DNA from: an uncultured archaeon
GTDB taxonomy: Archaea; Aenigmatarchaeota; Aenigmatarchaeia; GW2011-AR5
Length of the DNA: 64,000 nucleotides
NCBI GenBank assembly: GCA_964373695.1
Contig: CAYJVT010000001.1
Location: 22,328 to 86,327 of the forward strand
Direction of reading: 5' to 3'
Below the pieces are notes generated by a model that was not told the origin of the DNA, made no database searches, and worked only from the letters and a program-made list of their open reading frames with translations. Below are positions 9,485-18,130 of the stretch, in pieces; within the stretch, counting starts at the first letter, position 1, and each line of letters starts with the position of its first letter. The translations under genes and the position numbers were made by a program.

Positions 9485-10311
9485 ACTCCGCCACCCTTCA
9501 TGGCCCTTATGGCCCTCTCATATCCGTCGTGGCTTCCGACGTCAAGCACCATGCCGTCATAGATGTATCCCGAAAGCTGGCCGTCCATGGCCAGCCTGTT
9601 GAAGAGGTCTTCTATCATGAACTTCTGGCGAGTGACGTAATCCGACACTCCGGGCTCGAATATGCAGAGCCCGGCGTTTATTATGTTTGAAGTGCTCCTC
9701 GCCGGTTTTTCCTTGAAATGCACGACGCGGTTTCCCCTCATCTTGGCCACGCCGTAATTCCTCGTTTCGCTGGATGTGGAAAGCAGGACGGTAGCTAGCG
9801 TCCCCTGGCTCTTGTGGAATTCGTGCATCTCGTATAGGTCCGGATTGAGAAGCGTATCGACATTTACCATCACGAACCTGTTCCTTATCAGCTCCTTGGC
9901 CGGCATGAGGCACCCGGCTGTGCCGAAAGGCTTGTCCTCGGCTATGTATTCTATACTTACCCCGAAGTTGGAGCCGTTGCCGAAATGCTCCATCACCTTC
10001 TCCTTCATGTGGCCGACAGAAACCACGAGGTTGCGTATGTCATATTTCTTTAGCATCCTTATCTGATGCTCCAGTATCGGCCGTCCGTTTATCGGTATCA
10101 GCGGCTTGGGTATCTCGTAGGTTATGGGACGGAGGCTAACGCCTTCGCCTCCGGCCAGTATCAGCGCGGTATCCATGTCGGTTTTCCCGAATGCCCTGGA
10201 CAGCATGACCTCTATGGCATGGGACCTGTTTCTTATGTTTCTCTTGTCAACCATGCTGTCCAGCCTTTTCAGGACATCCTGCTTCACAGTTATCGTCACG
10301 CGCTCTACCAT
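9481..10311 (-). CDS. Ribbon-helix-helix (CopG/NikR-like) domain fused to a sugar-phosphate nucleotidyltransferase
   Basis: The N-terminal ~45 aa ...ITVKQDVLKRLDSMVDKRNIRNRSHAIEVMLSRAF is an RHH fold signature. It is followed by ALILAGGEGVSLRPITYEIPKPLIPINGRPILEHQI... (NTP-transferase G-loop). Probable ATG at 10309-10311; a GTG at 10312-10314 is also in frame. Confidence 0.7.
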   Translation of the reverse strand: MVERVTITVKQDVLKRLDSMVDKRNIRNRSHAIEVMLSRAFGKTDMDTALILAGGEGVSLRPITYEIPKPLIPINGRPILEHQIRMLKKYDIRNLVVSVGHMKEKVMEHFGNGSNFGVSIEYIAEDKPFGTAGCLMPAKELIRNRFVMVNVDTLLNPDLYEMHEFHKSQGTLATVLLSTSSETRNYGVAKMRGNRVVHFKEKPARSTSNIINAGLCIFEPGVSDYVTRQKFMIEDLFNRLAMDGQLSGYIYDGMVLDVGSHDGYERAIRAMKGGGV

Positions 10312-10314
10312 CAC

Positions 10315-10385
10315 ACCACCGTATTGAAATAGTATGAAAAAGTATGAAACTCAAATTATTTAAGCGGTAGTCCCATATTCTGCAG
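10315..10385. promoter_or_regulatory. Bidirectional promoter region with tandem direct repeat agtatgaaa (10331-10339, 10341-10349) and AT-rich TATA-like box aaattatttaag (10353-10364)
   Basis: 71-bp gap between the divergent RHH-NTase and hddA-like genes. The repeats sit immediately upstream of the RHH-NTase start. Confidence 0.4.
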
Positions 10386-11402
10386 ATGGTAATCAGGAGC
10401 AGGTCCCCGGTGAGGATATCCTTTGCCGGAGGGGGGACAGATGTGCCCCCGTATAGGGATGAAAAGGGCGGGTGCGTCGTTTCAGCGACGATAAACAAAT
10501 ACGCCTACGCGACGCTGGAGCAGCGCAACGACAGCAACATACACATACATTCCGCCGATTTCCTGAAGAGCTTGGCTTTCAAGAACACGGCCGAAATCGA
10601 ATACAATAACGAACTCGACCTTCTCAAGGCCGTGATAAAGAAGATGGCGCCTTCTGCCGGCATGAACATATTCATGAGGTGCGATGTCCCGCCGAAATCC
10701 GGGCTGGGCAGCAGCGCGGCCGCGTTTGCCGCCATGATAGGGCTGTTCAATCACATGAGAAAGGAAAGAAGGATGACGGATTATGAAGTGGCGGAACTGG
10801 CATACAGGCTTGAGAGGGAGGAGCTTAAGGTGGGCCGCGGGAACCAGGACCAGTATGCAACGGTTTTCGGCGGGATGAATTTCATAGAATTCGGGGAAGG
10901 CTGGGTGAAGGTCAACCCGCTGAGGATGAAAAAGGACCACTTGCTTGAGCTTGAAAAGCATCTTATCCTCGCGTACATAAAGCCGCGGCAGGACGAAAGC
11001 AGCAACATCATAGACGACCAGACGAACCGTTACATATCCGGCGATACGAGGACTGTGGAGGGCCTCGACAAGGCGAAGGAAGTGGCTGTCGAGATGAGAT
11101 ATGCCCTCCTCGGCGGCGACCTGATGCGGTTCGGCGAACTCCTCAATGAGGGTTGGGAGGCAAAGAAGAAGTTTTCGCCGCTCATCAGCAACAGGTATAT
11201 AGACGATATTTACGACCTGGCGAGGAGGAACGGCGCCCTCGGAGGGAAGATTACTGGAGCCGGTGGATCCGGCTTTTTCCTTTTTTTCTGCGAACCCAAC
11301 AAGGAGCATGTCCTAACAGACGTGCTGGAGAAATCGGGGCTCAAGCCCATGACTTTCACGTTCGACCACGACGGGCTTCAGACATGGGAAGTAAACAAGT
11401 GA
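10386..11402 (+). CDS. hddA: GHMP-family sugar kinase, D-glycero-D-manno-heptose-7-phosphate kinase-like
   Basis: 338 aa: MVIRSRSPVRISFAGGGTDVPPY... (HddA/GmhB-kinase-type N-terminus), a GHMP motif PPKSGLGSSAAAFAAM, and a C-terminal GAGGSGFFLFF. Confidence 0.75.
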   Translation: MVIRSRSPVRISFAGGGTDVPPYRDEKGGCVVSATINKYAYATLEQRNDSNIHIHSADFLKSLAFKNTAEIEYNNELDLLKAVIKKMAPSAGMNIFMRCDVPPKSGLGSSAAAFAAMIGLFNHMRKERRMTDYEVAELAYRLEREELKVGRGNQDQYATVFGGMNFIEFGEGWVKVNPLRMKKDHLLELEKHLILAYIKPRQDESSNIIDDQTNRYISGDTRTVEGLDKAKEVAVEMRYALLGGDLMRFGELLNEGWEAKKKFSPLISNRYIDDIYDLARRNGALGGKITGAGGSGFFLFFCEPNKEHVLTDVLEKSGLKPMTFTFDHDGLQTWEVNK

Positions 11403-11411
11403 GGTGTTGAG

Positions 11412-11669
11412 ATGAATGATGGATATAGGGAACTTATGGAAGCCGTAGGAGATATTCCGGTAGGGGCGAGAAGGGTCGTGTCCATAGGAGCATATCCGGG
11501 AAGGACGGAAATCATGATGACGGATAACGGCCCGAAGGCAATTTATGCAAATGGGGGCGACTCGGGATTGGCAACTGTTTACCTGGACAAAGAAGCGCCC
11601 CCTGAGGAGTGGAGAATAGGACGCGGCCTCAGCGAAGATGACTTTAGGAGGGCAGCTGAAAGGCTTTGA
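11412..11669 (+). CDS. Small hypothetical protein (85 aa)
   Basis: An ATG 10 nt after the hddA stop is preceded by GAGGTG. No recognised motif. Confidence 0.3.
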   Translation: MNDGYRELMEAVGDIPVGARRVVSIGAYPGRTEIMMTDNGPKAIYANGGDSGLATVYLDKEAPPEEWRIGRGLSEDDFRRAAERL

Positions 11670-11758
11670 CCCAAGGCTTAAAAAGAATTTGGGGAAGGGA
11701 TAGCCATGAAAATCCTTGAAAAACAAAGTTTTTCAGGATCTCAAAGGAGGCACCTCCT

Positions 11759-12676
11759 TTGAAGATATTGGTGACGGGCGGCGCGGGTTTCATAGGCAGC
11801 AATCTTTCCAAGGCGCTAGTCAAAAAGGGCCATGAAGTGACCGTCCTTGACAACTTCTTCCTCGGCGCAGAGAATAACATCGCAGACATCAAAAGCCGCA
11901 TAAAGCTCGTTAAGGCCGACATAACGGACGCGGCGGCCGTTACAGAAGCGTCTAGAGGATGTGACGTGATATTCAACGAAGCTGCTGCATCATCCTCCCC
12001 GATGTTCAAAAAGGACCTTCGCCGCAGCGTCGCCGTCAATGTCGACGGGTTCATCAACGTGATGGACGCGGCTGTGAAAAACGGCGTGAAACGCGTTGTT
12101 TATGCATCGACGTCGTCTATTTACGGTAACATGAAGCCCCCTCTTACAGAAGACGTGAAGTGCGTTCCGGTCAATATGTACGCATCAACGAAGCTCATGA
12201 ATGAGCATATAGCTCTCCTTTTAGGCATGGAAAACGGAATCGAAACCATAGGCCTCCGCTATATGAGCGTTTACGGCCCGGGGGAAGAGCCAAAGGGAAT
12301 CTTTGCCAATCTGGTGTCGCAGTTCCTGTGGGCCATGAAGAGGGGGGAGAGTCCTGTTATATACGGCGATGGCACCCAGACGCGCGACTTCACCTACGTG
12401 AAGGATGTCGTCAAAGCCAACATACTCGCAATGGAATCCAAAAAACACCTTAATGACGTGTTCAACGTAGGCACCGGAACGGAAGTTTCGCTCAACGGGC
12501 TCGTGGAAATCCTTAACCGTGTTCTGGGAAAGAAGATAAAAGCCAAGTACGTGAGAAACGATGTCAAAAATTATATATCAGCACAAAGGGTGGACATCTC
12601 GAAGATAAGGAAGGAGCTTGGATATGAGCCAGAGTTCACACTGGAAGCCGGCATAAGGGATATGCTATCACAATAG
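11759..12676 (+). CDS. NAD-dependent nucleotide-sugar epimerase/dehydratase (extended SDR)
   Basis: 305 aa: MKILVTGGAGFIGSNL... (Rossmann GxxGxxG) with a YxxxK region (YASTK). Confidence 0.8.
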   Translation: MKILVTGGAGFIGSNLSKALVKKGHEVTVLDNFFLGAENNIADIKSRIKLVKADITDAAAVTEASRGCDVIFNEAAASSSPMFKKDLRRSVAVNVDGFINVMDAAVKNGVKRVVYASTSSIYGNMKPPLTEDVKCVPVNMYASTKLMNEHIALLLGMENGIETIGLRYMSVYGPGEEPKGIFANLVSQFLWAMKRGESPVIYGDGTQTRDFTYVKDVVKANILAMESKKHLNDVFNVGTGTEVSLNGLVEILNRVLGKKIKAKYVRNDVKNYISAQRVDISKIRKELGYEPEFTLEAGIRDMLSQ

Positions 12677-13729
12677 TTTCTTTGCCATGTTCTTCATCTT
12701 TCTTTCGAATTGCGACGTGTCGTATTTCCTCGATTCTTTCATTAGCAATGCGGCATTCCACTTCGTCTTCTCCGACCTCTCTACAGCGGCGTTGAGCGAA
12801 TCCTCGTCAGGCTGGAAGAATATTCCTGTCTTTCCGTCCTTTATTGTCTCGGTGAAACCTCCTTCATTGACAGCTATGCACGGCTTGCCTGACGCCATGC
12901 TTTCGACAGCAACAAGACCGAAGTCTTCATCAACGGCAGCTGCAACCGTGGCCCTGCATCTGGAATATATGTCTATCAGTTCCTTTTCATCCAGGCTCCC
13001 GGTAAATTCTATGCTGTCATGCCCGGCAGCCAGTGCCTTGAGTCTTTTCTCGTCCGGGCCTGTGCTGGCTATCACAAGTCGCCTGCCATTCTCTATGAAC
13101 GCGTTTATTACCATATCGATTCTTTTGAGTTTATCCAGCCTGGACGTGGATAGGTAAAAGTCCTCGCTTTTCCTATTGAGGAATTTATTCGTGTCTACAG
13201 GAGGGTTCACAATGGAACATTTTTTGTACACGTCAGGCCCGTAATATTTCATGACCCTGCTCAGGGTATTTCTAGAATTGACAGCGATGGAACTGAATTC
13301 CCTGACAGCAGACTGGTCCAGATACATATATTTTTTGCAGAATCTCCTGAAAAAGAGCCTTGTTACCGGATTAATGCCGGATTCGAAATGAGCCTTCAGG
13401 TCGTAAAGGAAGCGCGGCGGGGTGTGCATGTAAAGTATGTTGGGCTTCAGCCTCTCCGCAGCGCTCATGCACCATGTCCCGGAAAATATGTAGAGGTCAT
13501 ATTTTATGTCAAGTTTTTTGAAGAGCCTTGACAGCTTGGTTATCCTGGAACGTCCGGCAGGCGGCCTGCCCATAAAGGTTTTCACGTTTATCCCGTCCGT
13601 ACAGTAAGTCTTCCCGCTATCCACGAACCCCGTGTAGAGGTCTGCATCGAACATCCTTGCAAGGGCCAGTGCAACACGCTCTCCGCCTCCCTTTTTGCCG
13701 AAATAATCGTGGAGTATCGCAACTCTCAT
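12668..13729 (-). CDS. Glycosyltransferase family 4
   Basis: MRVAILHDYFGKKGGGERV... N-terminal GT-B domain and a C-terminal E-x7-E-like region (...AVESMASGKPCIAVNEGG...). The start ATG at 13727-13729 overlaps the upstream stop (ATGA). Confidence 0.8.
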   Translation of the reverse strand: MRVAILHDYFGKKGGGERVALALARMFDADLYTGFVDSGKTYCTDGINVKTFMGRPPAGRSRITKLSRLFKKLDIKYDLYIFSGTWCMSAAERLKPNILYMHTPPRFLYDLKAHFESGINPVTRLFFRRFCKKYMYLDQSAVREFSSIAVNSRNTLSRVMKYYGPDVYKKCSIVNPPVDTNKFLNRKSEDFYLSTSRLDKLKRIDMVINAFIENGRRLVIASTGPDEKRLKALAAGHDSIEFTGSLDEKELIDIYSRCRATVAAAVDEDFGLVAVESMASGKPCIAVNEGGFTETIKDGKTGIFFQPDEDSLNAAVERSEKTKWNAALLMKESRKYDTSQFERKMKNMAKKLL

Positions 13730-14724
13730 TGGAGCACTTCCTCGTAGACATTTCCGGTCTTTTTCGCGGCTGTTTTCCACGTGAAATTATTCGACCTCTT
13801 CAGGGACTTCCTTGACATCTTTCTGGAAAGTCCGCTGTCGGCAAGTATGGACGAAACCTTGCTGCATATGTCTGCGGGGCTTTCCGGATCGAAGTATGTG
13901 GGGGCGTCGCCAAGTATCTCTGGCATTGCCGCAGCATTGCTTGAAGCCACCGGGCAGCCGCATGCCATGGCCTCGAGCGGCGTGAAGCCAAACCCCTCGA
14001 AAAGCGACGGGTATACGAACGCCCTTGCATTGGAATAGTACTCGGCCATCCCGTCCTCAGTAAGGTTCCCCGTTATTTTGACATCCTTCTCCAGTCCGAG
14101 GGACCTTATCCTCTCACGTATTGCCGGATTGTCGTAATTCTTGACCAGCTTCAGTCCCGGAAAATCCGCCTTCAGCATCGCGAAGGCGTCTATGAGGACC
14201 GGGATGTTTTTTCTCCTCTCTTCGGAACCGAAATAAACTATGTAATCTGCCTCTTTCTTCTTTCTTCGCGGCCTGAAAGCCCCGGATATCCCTGAATGCA
14301 CCACCCGTATGTCATCCTCTCGGGCCTGTGTGTATCTCATCACTTCGTTCTTGGTGAATTCTGATACGCATATTATTTTGCCGCATTTTTCCATGCCCTT
14401 TATAGCAAGCCTTGAGAAGAATGCATGCCTCCTGCTTTCAAAAAGCTCTGGTCTTGAAAACGCCATCATGTCATGGCAAGTTATTACCGTGGGCTTTCCC
14501 GTGGCAGACTTTGAAAGGTGCCCGAACGTCTGGGAGCTGAAATGGATGATGTCGCCACCGTCAAGATGCGGGGGCCGCATGTGCCTGAGGAACCCGTTTT
14601 CCGTCTCCTTTACCGTTATGCGGAATCCTTTTCCGATGTTCTTCGAAAGGCTCAGTATGTAGTTCTTTATGCCCCAGTTGTATTCGCTTCCGATACCGCC
14701 CGAAATCATCTGGACGTTTATCAT
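13726..14724 (-). CDS. Glycosyltransferase family 4
   Basis: 332 aa with ...PSLFEGFGFTPLEAMACGCPVASSNAAAMPEILGDAP..., the GT4 signature. Confidence 0.8.
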   Translation of the reverse strand: MINVQMISGGIGSEYNWGIKNYILSLSKNIGKGFRITVKETENGFLRHMRPPHLDGGDIIHFSSQTFGHLSKSATGKPTVITCHDMMAFSRPELFESRRHAFFSRLAIKGMEKCGKIICVSEFTKNEVMRYTQAREDDIRVVHSGISGAFRPRRKKKEADYIVYFGSEERRKNIPVLIDAFAMLKADFPGLKLVKNYDNPAIRERIRSLGLEKDVKITGNLTEDGMAEYYSNARAFVYPSLFEGFGFTPLEAMACGCPVASSNAAAMPEILGDAPTYFDPESPADICSKVSSILADSGLSRKMSRKSLKRSNNFTWKTAAKKTGNVYEEVLQ

Positions 14725-16220
14725 GAAGAAAACCTCTCCGCCACGGCTGCAAGCTTTTCAGGGAACGAACTCCTGATTATCATCATGTCGCTTTTGGTGA
14801 ATATTTTCACTTTGAGGAATATGCCGGCGTAGAACAGGCCCGCCAGCGATGCGCATATCGCGGCTTCGGCCAGTATGTTCATCGACAGAGCCTGCTTCAC
14901 GAAATAGATTATGACAACCGATGCGAGGGAGTTGGACAGGATGATTGATATGTCCCTCACTGGCGCCGATATTTTTATCTCTTTCCTGAGATGCAAATAA
15001 AATATCAGGAAACCTATGACGTATGAAGAAATGGCCGATGCGGCGGCGCCGGCGATGCCAAAAGCCGGCACCAGGATTATGTTTGCTGCCACGTTGAACG
15101 CCGACACTATAATGACAGTAAGCGTGCTTTTTTTGGGCTGTCCTATCGCGTTCAGGATGACAGAGAACAGGATGTTCATGCTGAAAAATATCATGCCAAA
15201 GCTGAGAACCTGCAGTGGCAGGGCGGAATCTATGTACTTTCTGCTAAGAAACAGGTCCATTATAATCTCGGGGAATGCTATGAATATGGCGGCCGCGAAC
15301 GCTATGAAAAGGAAAACGGACTTTATCATGAATTCCACATGCGTCGTCAGTTCCTTCTTATTCCCTTTTGCCCACATTTCCGACACCACAGGAAACAGTA
15401 TAACCGACAGCGAGCCGGCGAACACGAGGAGCATCTGCGATGTTGAAACGGCCGCCTGATAGAGTCCAACTTCGTATAGCGACCTGAAATACGTGAGTAT
15501 CATTGTGTCGGCAGAGCCTATGAGAAAAGTCGATATGCTCCCCAGAAAAACGAAGGAGCCGAATATTATGACATTCTTTTCCGAACCCATGAGTGCCTTC
15601 CCCTTCCCAAGACCCCTCACATGCTTTGCAACATAAAGCGCCATCATAACCTGTATCATCATTGACGCCGCGAAATAGCTCACGGCAACGCCGATGAGCG
15701 TGGCGTCGCCTGATGCCAATATGAAGGAGAAAATGACGGCTATTCTTATCGCTTCTATGAGCGAGAATGCAAGTATTTTCTGGAATCCCTGGAGGAGCAT
15801 TTTAAGGAACGATACTGCAAGCACCAGCTCGACTGAAAAAAGCTTTATCAGGAAGGATGCCTTCTCCGAGTGGAAGAAAGATAATGCTATGTAGTCGGAC
15901 ATCATGAAAGTTGCGAGCCCTATCACAGCCCCTATTGACAGCTGAAGCAGGAATGATGACTTTATGGCTCTTCCGATGGAAGCATAGGCTCCCTTTACCA
16001 TGAACTCTGGTATGTATTTTACCAGAGCCGAGCCGAGCCCGAAATCCTTTATCACGAAAAACAGCGAGAAAAAGGTCAGTATGGAATAAAAGAGGCCGAA
16101 ATCATCGACAGGGAGGCTCCTTGCAACAAATATCCTGAGAAGATATCCCATCCCGGTTCCAAGTATGGACAGTACAAAAGCAATTGAAGCGCCTTTTATT
16201 ATCCTGTTGGCGTAGCCCAT
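14721..16220 (-). CDS. Polysaccharide biosynthesis protein / oligosaccharide flippase (Wzx-like, MOP superfamily)
   Basis: 499-aa polytopic protein with ~12-14 hydrophobic helices. It overlaps the upstream gene by 4 nt. Confidence 0.75.
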   Translation of the reverse strand: MGYANRIIKGASIAFVLSILGTGMGYLLRIFVARSLPVDDFGLFYSILTFFSLFFVIKDFGLGSALVKYIPEFMVKGAYASIGRAIKSSFLLQLSIGAVIGLATFMMSDYIALSFFHSEKASFLIKLFSVELVLAVSFLKMLLQGFQKILAFSLIEAIRIAVIFSFILASGDATLIGVAVSYFAASMMIQVMMALYVAKHVRGLGKGKALMGSEKNVIIFGSFVFLGSISTFLIGSADTMILTYFRSLYEVGLYQAAVSTSQMLLVFAGSLSVILFPVVSEMWAKGNKKELTTHVEFMIKSVFLFIAFAAAIFIAFPEIIMDLFLSRKYIDSALPLQVLSFGMIFFSMNILFSVILNAIGQPKKSTLTVIIVSAFNVAANIILVPAFGIAGAAASAISSYVIGFLIFYLHLRKEIKISAPVRDISIILSNSLASVVIIYFVKQALSMNILAEAAICASLAGLFYAGIFLKVKIFTKSDMMIIRSSFPEKLAAVAERFSS

Positions 16221-16280
16221 TGGTGATATTTCAATAAGACCCTTTTAAAAGTGAAATTATCTTTAGATTTTTGTTCTAAG

Positions 16281-18038
16281 TTATTTCTTTTCTATCACGT
16301 AATTCCCCATTGCAAGGTACCTGAGGCCGCTTCTCTCAAGGGTGCTGAAAGCGTCGTGCGGCGTGCATACGATGGGCTCGCCGTGCAGGTTGAATGAGGT
16401 GTTCAGTATGCCGCCGTGACCCGTCTCCTTCTTGAAGGTTTTTATCAGTGCATGGTAGCGGGGATTCCATTCCCTGTCAACCACCTGCGGTCTTGCGGTG
16501 AAGTCTGACTGGTGCAGGGCAGCGCGCAACGCGTCCCTGCCGAGAGGCGTCGTATTGAAGGACAGTATCATATACTGGTCATTGGCGGACTTTCTGGGCA
16601 TCTCAAGGAGCTTCCTCGCGTCCTCCCTCATTATGGAAGGCGCGAAAGGCATCCAGAAATCGCGCTGCTTTATCTGGGAGTTTATCTCAGTTATTGCGCG
16701 CATGTCCCGCGGGTCCGCTAGTATGCTTCTGTTGCCGAGGGAGCGGGCGCCGAACTCCATCCTGCCGCTAAGGCGGGCAACTATTCGCCCTTCTGACAGC
16801 ATCTCGCCGACAGCCTTGTCTATGTCCCTGTGGCTCTCTATCCTGTACTTCTTCCTGTCTATCCCCTTCACGAATTCATCTATTTTGTCGTCGTAGGAGG
16901 GTCCTAAATATATGTCCTTTATCTCTTCGAATATTGGTTTGGAGCCGTCTTCCTTGCACAAGTCCGCGTATCCAAGCATCGCGGCTCCGATGCAGCTGCT
17001 CTCGTCTCCGCCCGAAGGCATCGCGAAAATGCTGCCGACCTCAGGCATCTCCATAAGGCGCTGGTTGCATTTGACGTTCATGAAGAACCCGCCGCATACC
17101 ATTATATCGTCTATTCCGTAGCGGCTTATGCAGTTCCTGACCCATCCAGCCGTCACTTTTTCGGCCATGTTCTGCAACGCATATGCGACGGCGTCGAATC
17201 TGTGCTTGTGCAGGCTGTCCCTGAGGTAGAGGCCGTATGAATGCGCCCACCTCTTCGTCCTGTTCCTGAATTTGACCCCTCTGACATCAGCCATGCGCTC
17301 GAACACATCGACGGATTTCCTGGCGTAATGTTCTGATGAATATGGAGCAAGGCCCATAACCTTGTACTCATGCTCCCATGGCTTCATCCCAAGGTACCAT
17401 GTCACCTCGTTGTACATCTTCGCTATGGAATGTACGAAGGGTATCGAAACCGTGCGGTGGATGTCTCCGTTCTCCGCTATGCTGACCGTTGCGCACAGGC
17501 CGTCGCCCTCTCCGTCGGATGTGAATACAAGCCTCCTGCCCTTTGGCGTGCCCTTGAAATAATAAGCGGTCGCCGCATGGACCTTGTGATGCTCATACAT
17601 GACTATCGGCGCGGTTATCCCGATCTGCCTGAGGGCTTTCATGTACGCAGGGAGGAATTTTCTTGTCTTGTAGAAGCGCCTGAACCTCGTCGCGGCCGGG
17701 CACAATATGCTCTCCGTCACTTTCATGGGAAATATCCTCGCAGCATGGGAGAACGCGACTATGGATTTCCTTTTCTCCTTCCTCATCTTCGCTATCTCGT
17801 TCAGGTCGGCGGGGGTTATATCCTTCGAGCTGAAGGCGACGAGGTTTATCTGTTCGCCGTTTATTCCCTCATCGGACATCATTTTTTGTATGGAATTTAT
17901 GGGAAACCTGTGGTCGTTCTTTATCCTCGTCAGCCTCTCCTCTATTATGCAGGAAACTGTGCGCCCGTTTACCATGATACACGCTGAAGAGGGGTGGCTG
18001 TCATTGATTCCAAGAACTATCCTGTCTGTCATTTTCAT
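16281..18038 (-). CDS. Carbamoyltransferase, NodU/CmcH family
   Basis: 585 aa with an N-terminal Kae1/YgjD-like domain (MKMTDRIVLGINDSHPSSACIMVNG..., ...TSDGEGDG...) and a C-terminal carbamoyltransferase domain (...ILNTSFNLHGEPIVCTPHDA...). Confidence 0.75.
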   Translation of the reverse strand: MKMTDRIVLGINDSHPSSACIMVNGRTVSCIIEERLTRIKNDHRFPINSIQKMMSDEGINGEQINLVAFSSKDITPADLNEIAKMRKEKRKSIVAFSHAARIFPMKVTESILCPAATRFRRFYKTRKFLPAYMKALRQIGITAPIVMYEHHKVHAATAYYFKGTPKGRRLVFTSDGEGDGLCATVSIAENGDIHRTVSIPFVHSIAKMYNEVTWYLGMKPWEHEYKVMGLAPYSSEHYARKSVDVFERMADVRGVKFRNRTKRWAHSYGLYLRDSLHKHRFDAVAYALQNMAEKVTAGWVRNCISRYGIDDIMVCGGFFMNVKCNQRLMEMPEVGSIFAMPSGGDESSCIGAAMLGYADLCKEDGSKPIFEEIKDIYLGPSYDDKIDEFVKGIDRKKYRIESHRDIDKAVGEMLSEGRIVARLSGRMEFGARSLGNRSILADPRDMRAITEINSQIKQRDFWMPFAPSIMREDARKLLEMPRKSANDQYMILSFNTTPLGRDALRAALHQSDFTARPQVVDREWNPRYHALIKTFKKETGHGGILNTSFNLHGEPIVCTPHDAFSTLERSGLRYLAMGNYVIEKK

Positions 18039-18130
18039 AATCTTTGTGAAAGCCTTTTTAAAAACTGATTTTGATATTCAAAATAATGTCCTAATGTAGT
18101 ATTTTAAACGTGTAACCCATATGCAGTTCA

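Noticed and set aside
10482-11309. 275-aa ORF on the - strand
   Set aside because: Antisense to the hddA-like GHMP kinase gene. Shadow ORF.
17370-17987. 205-aa ORF on the + strand
   Set aside because: Antisense to the carbamoyltransferase gene. Shadow ORF.
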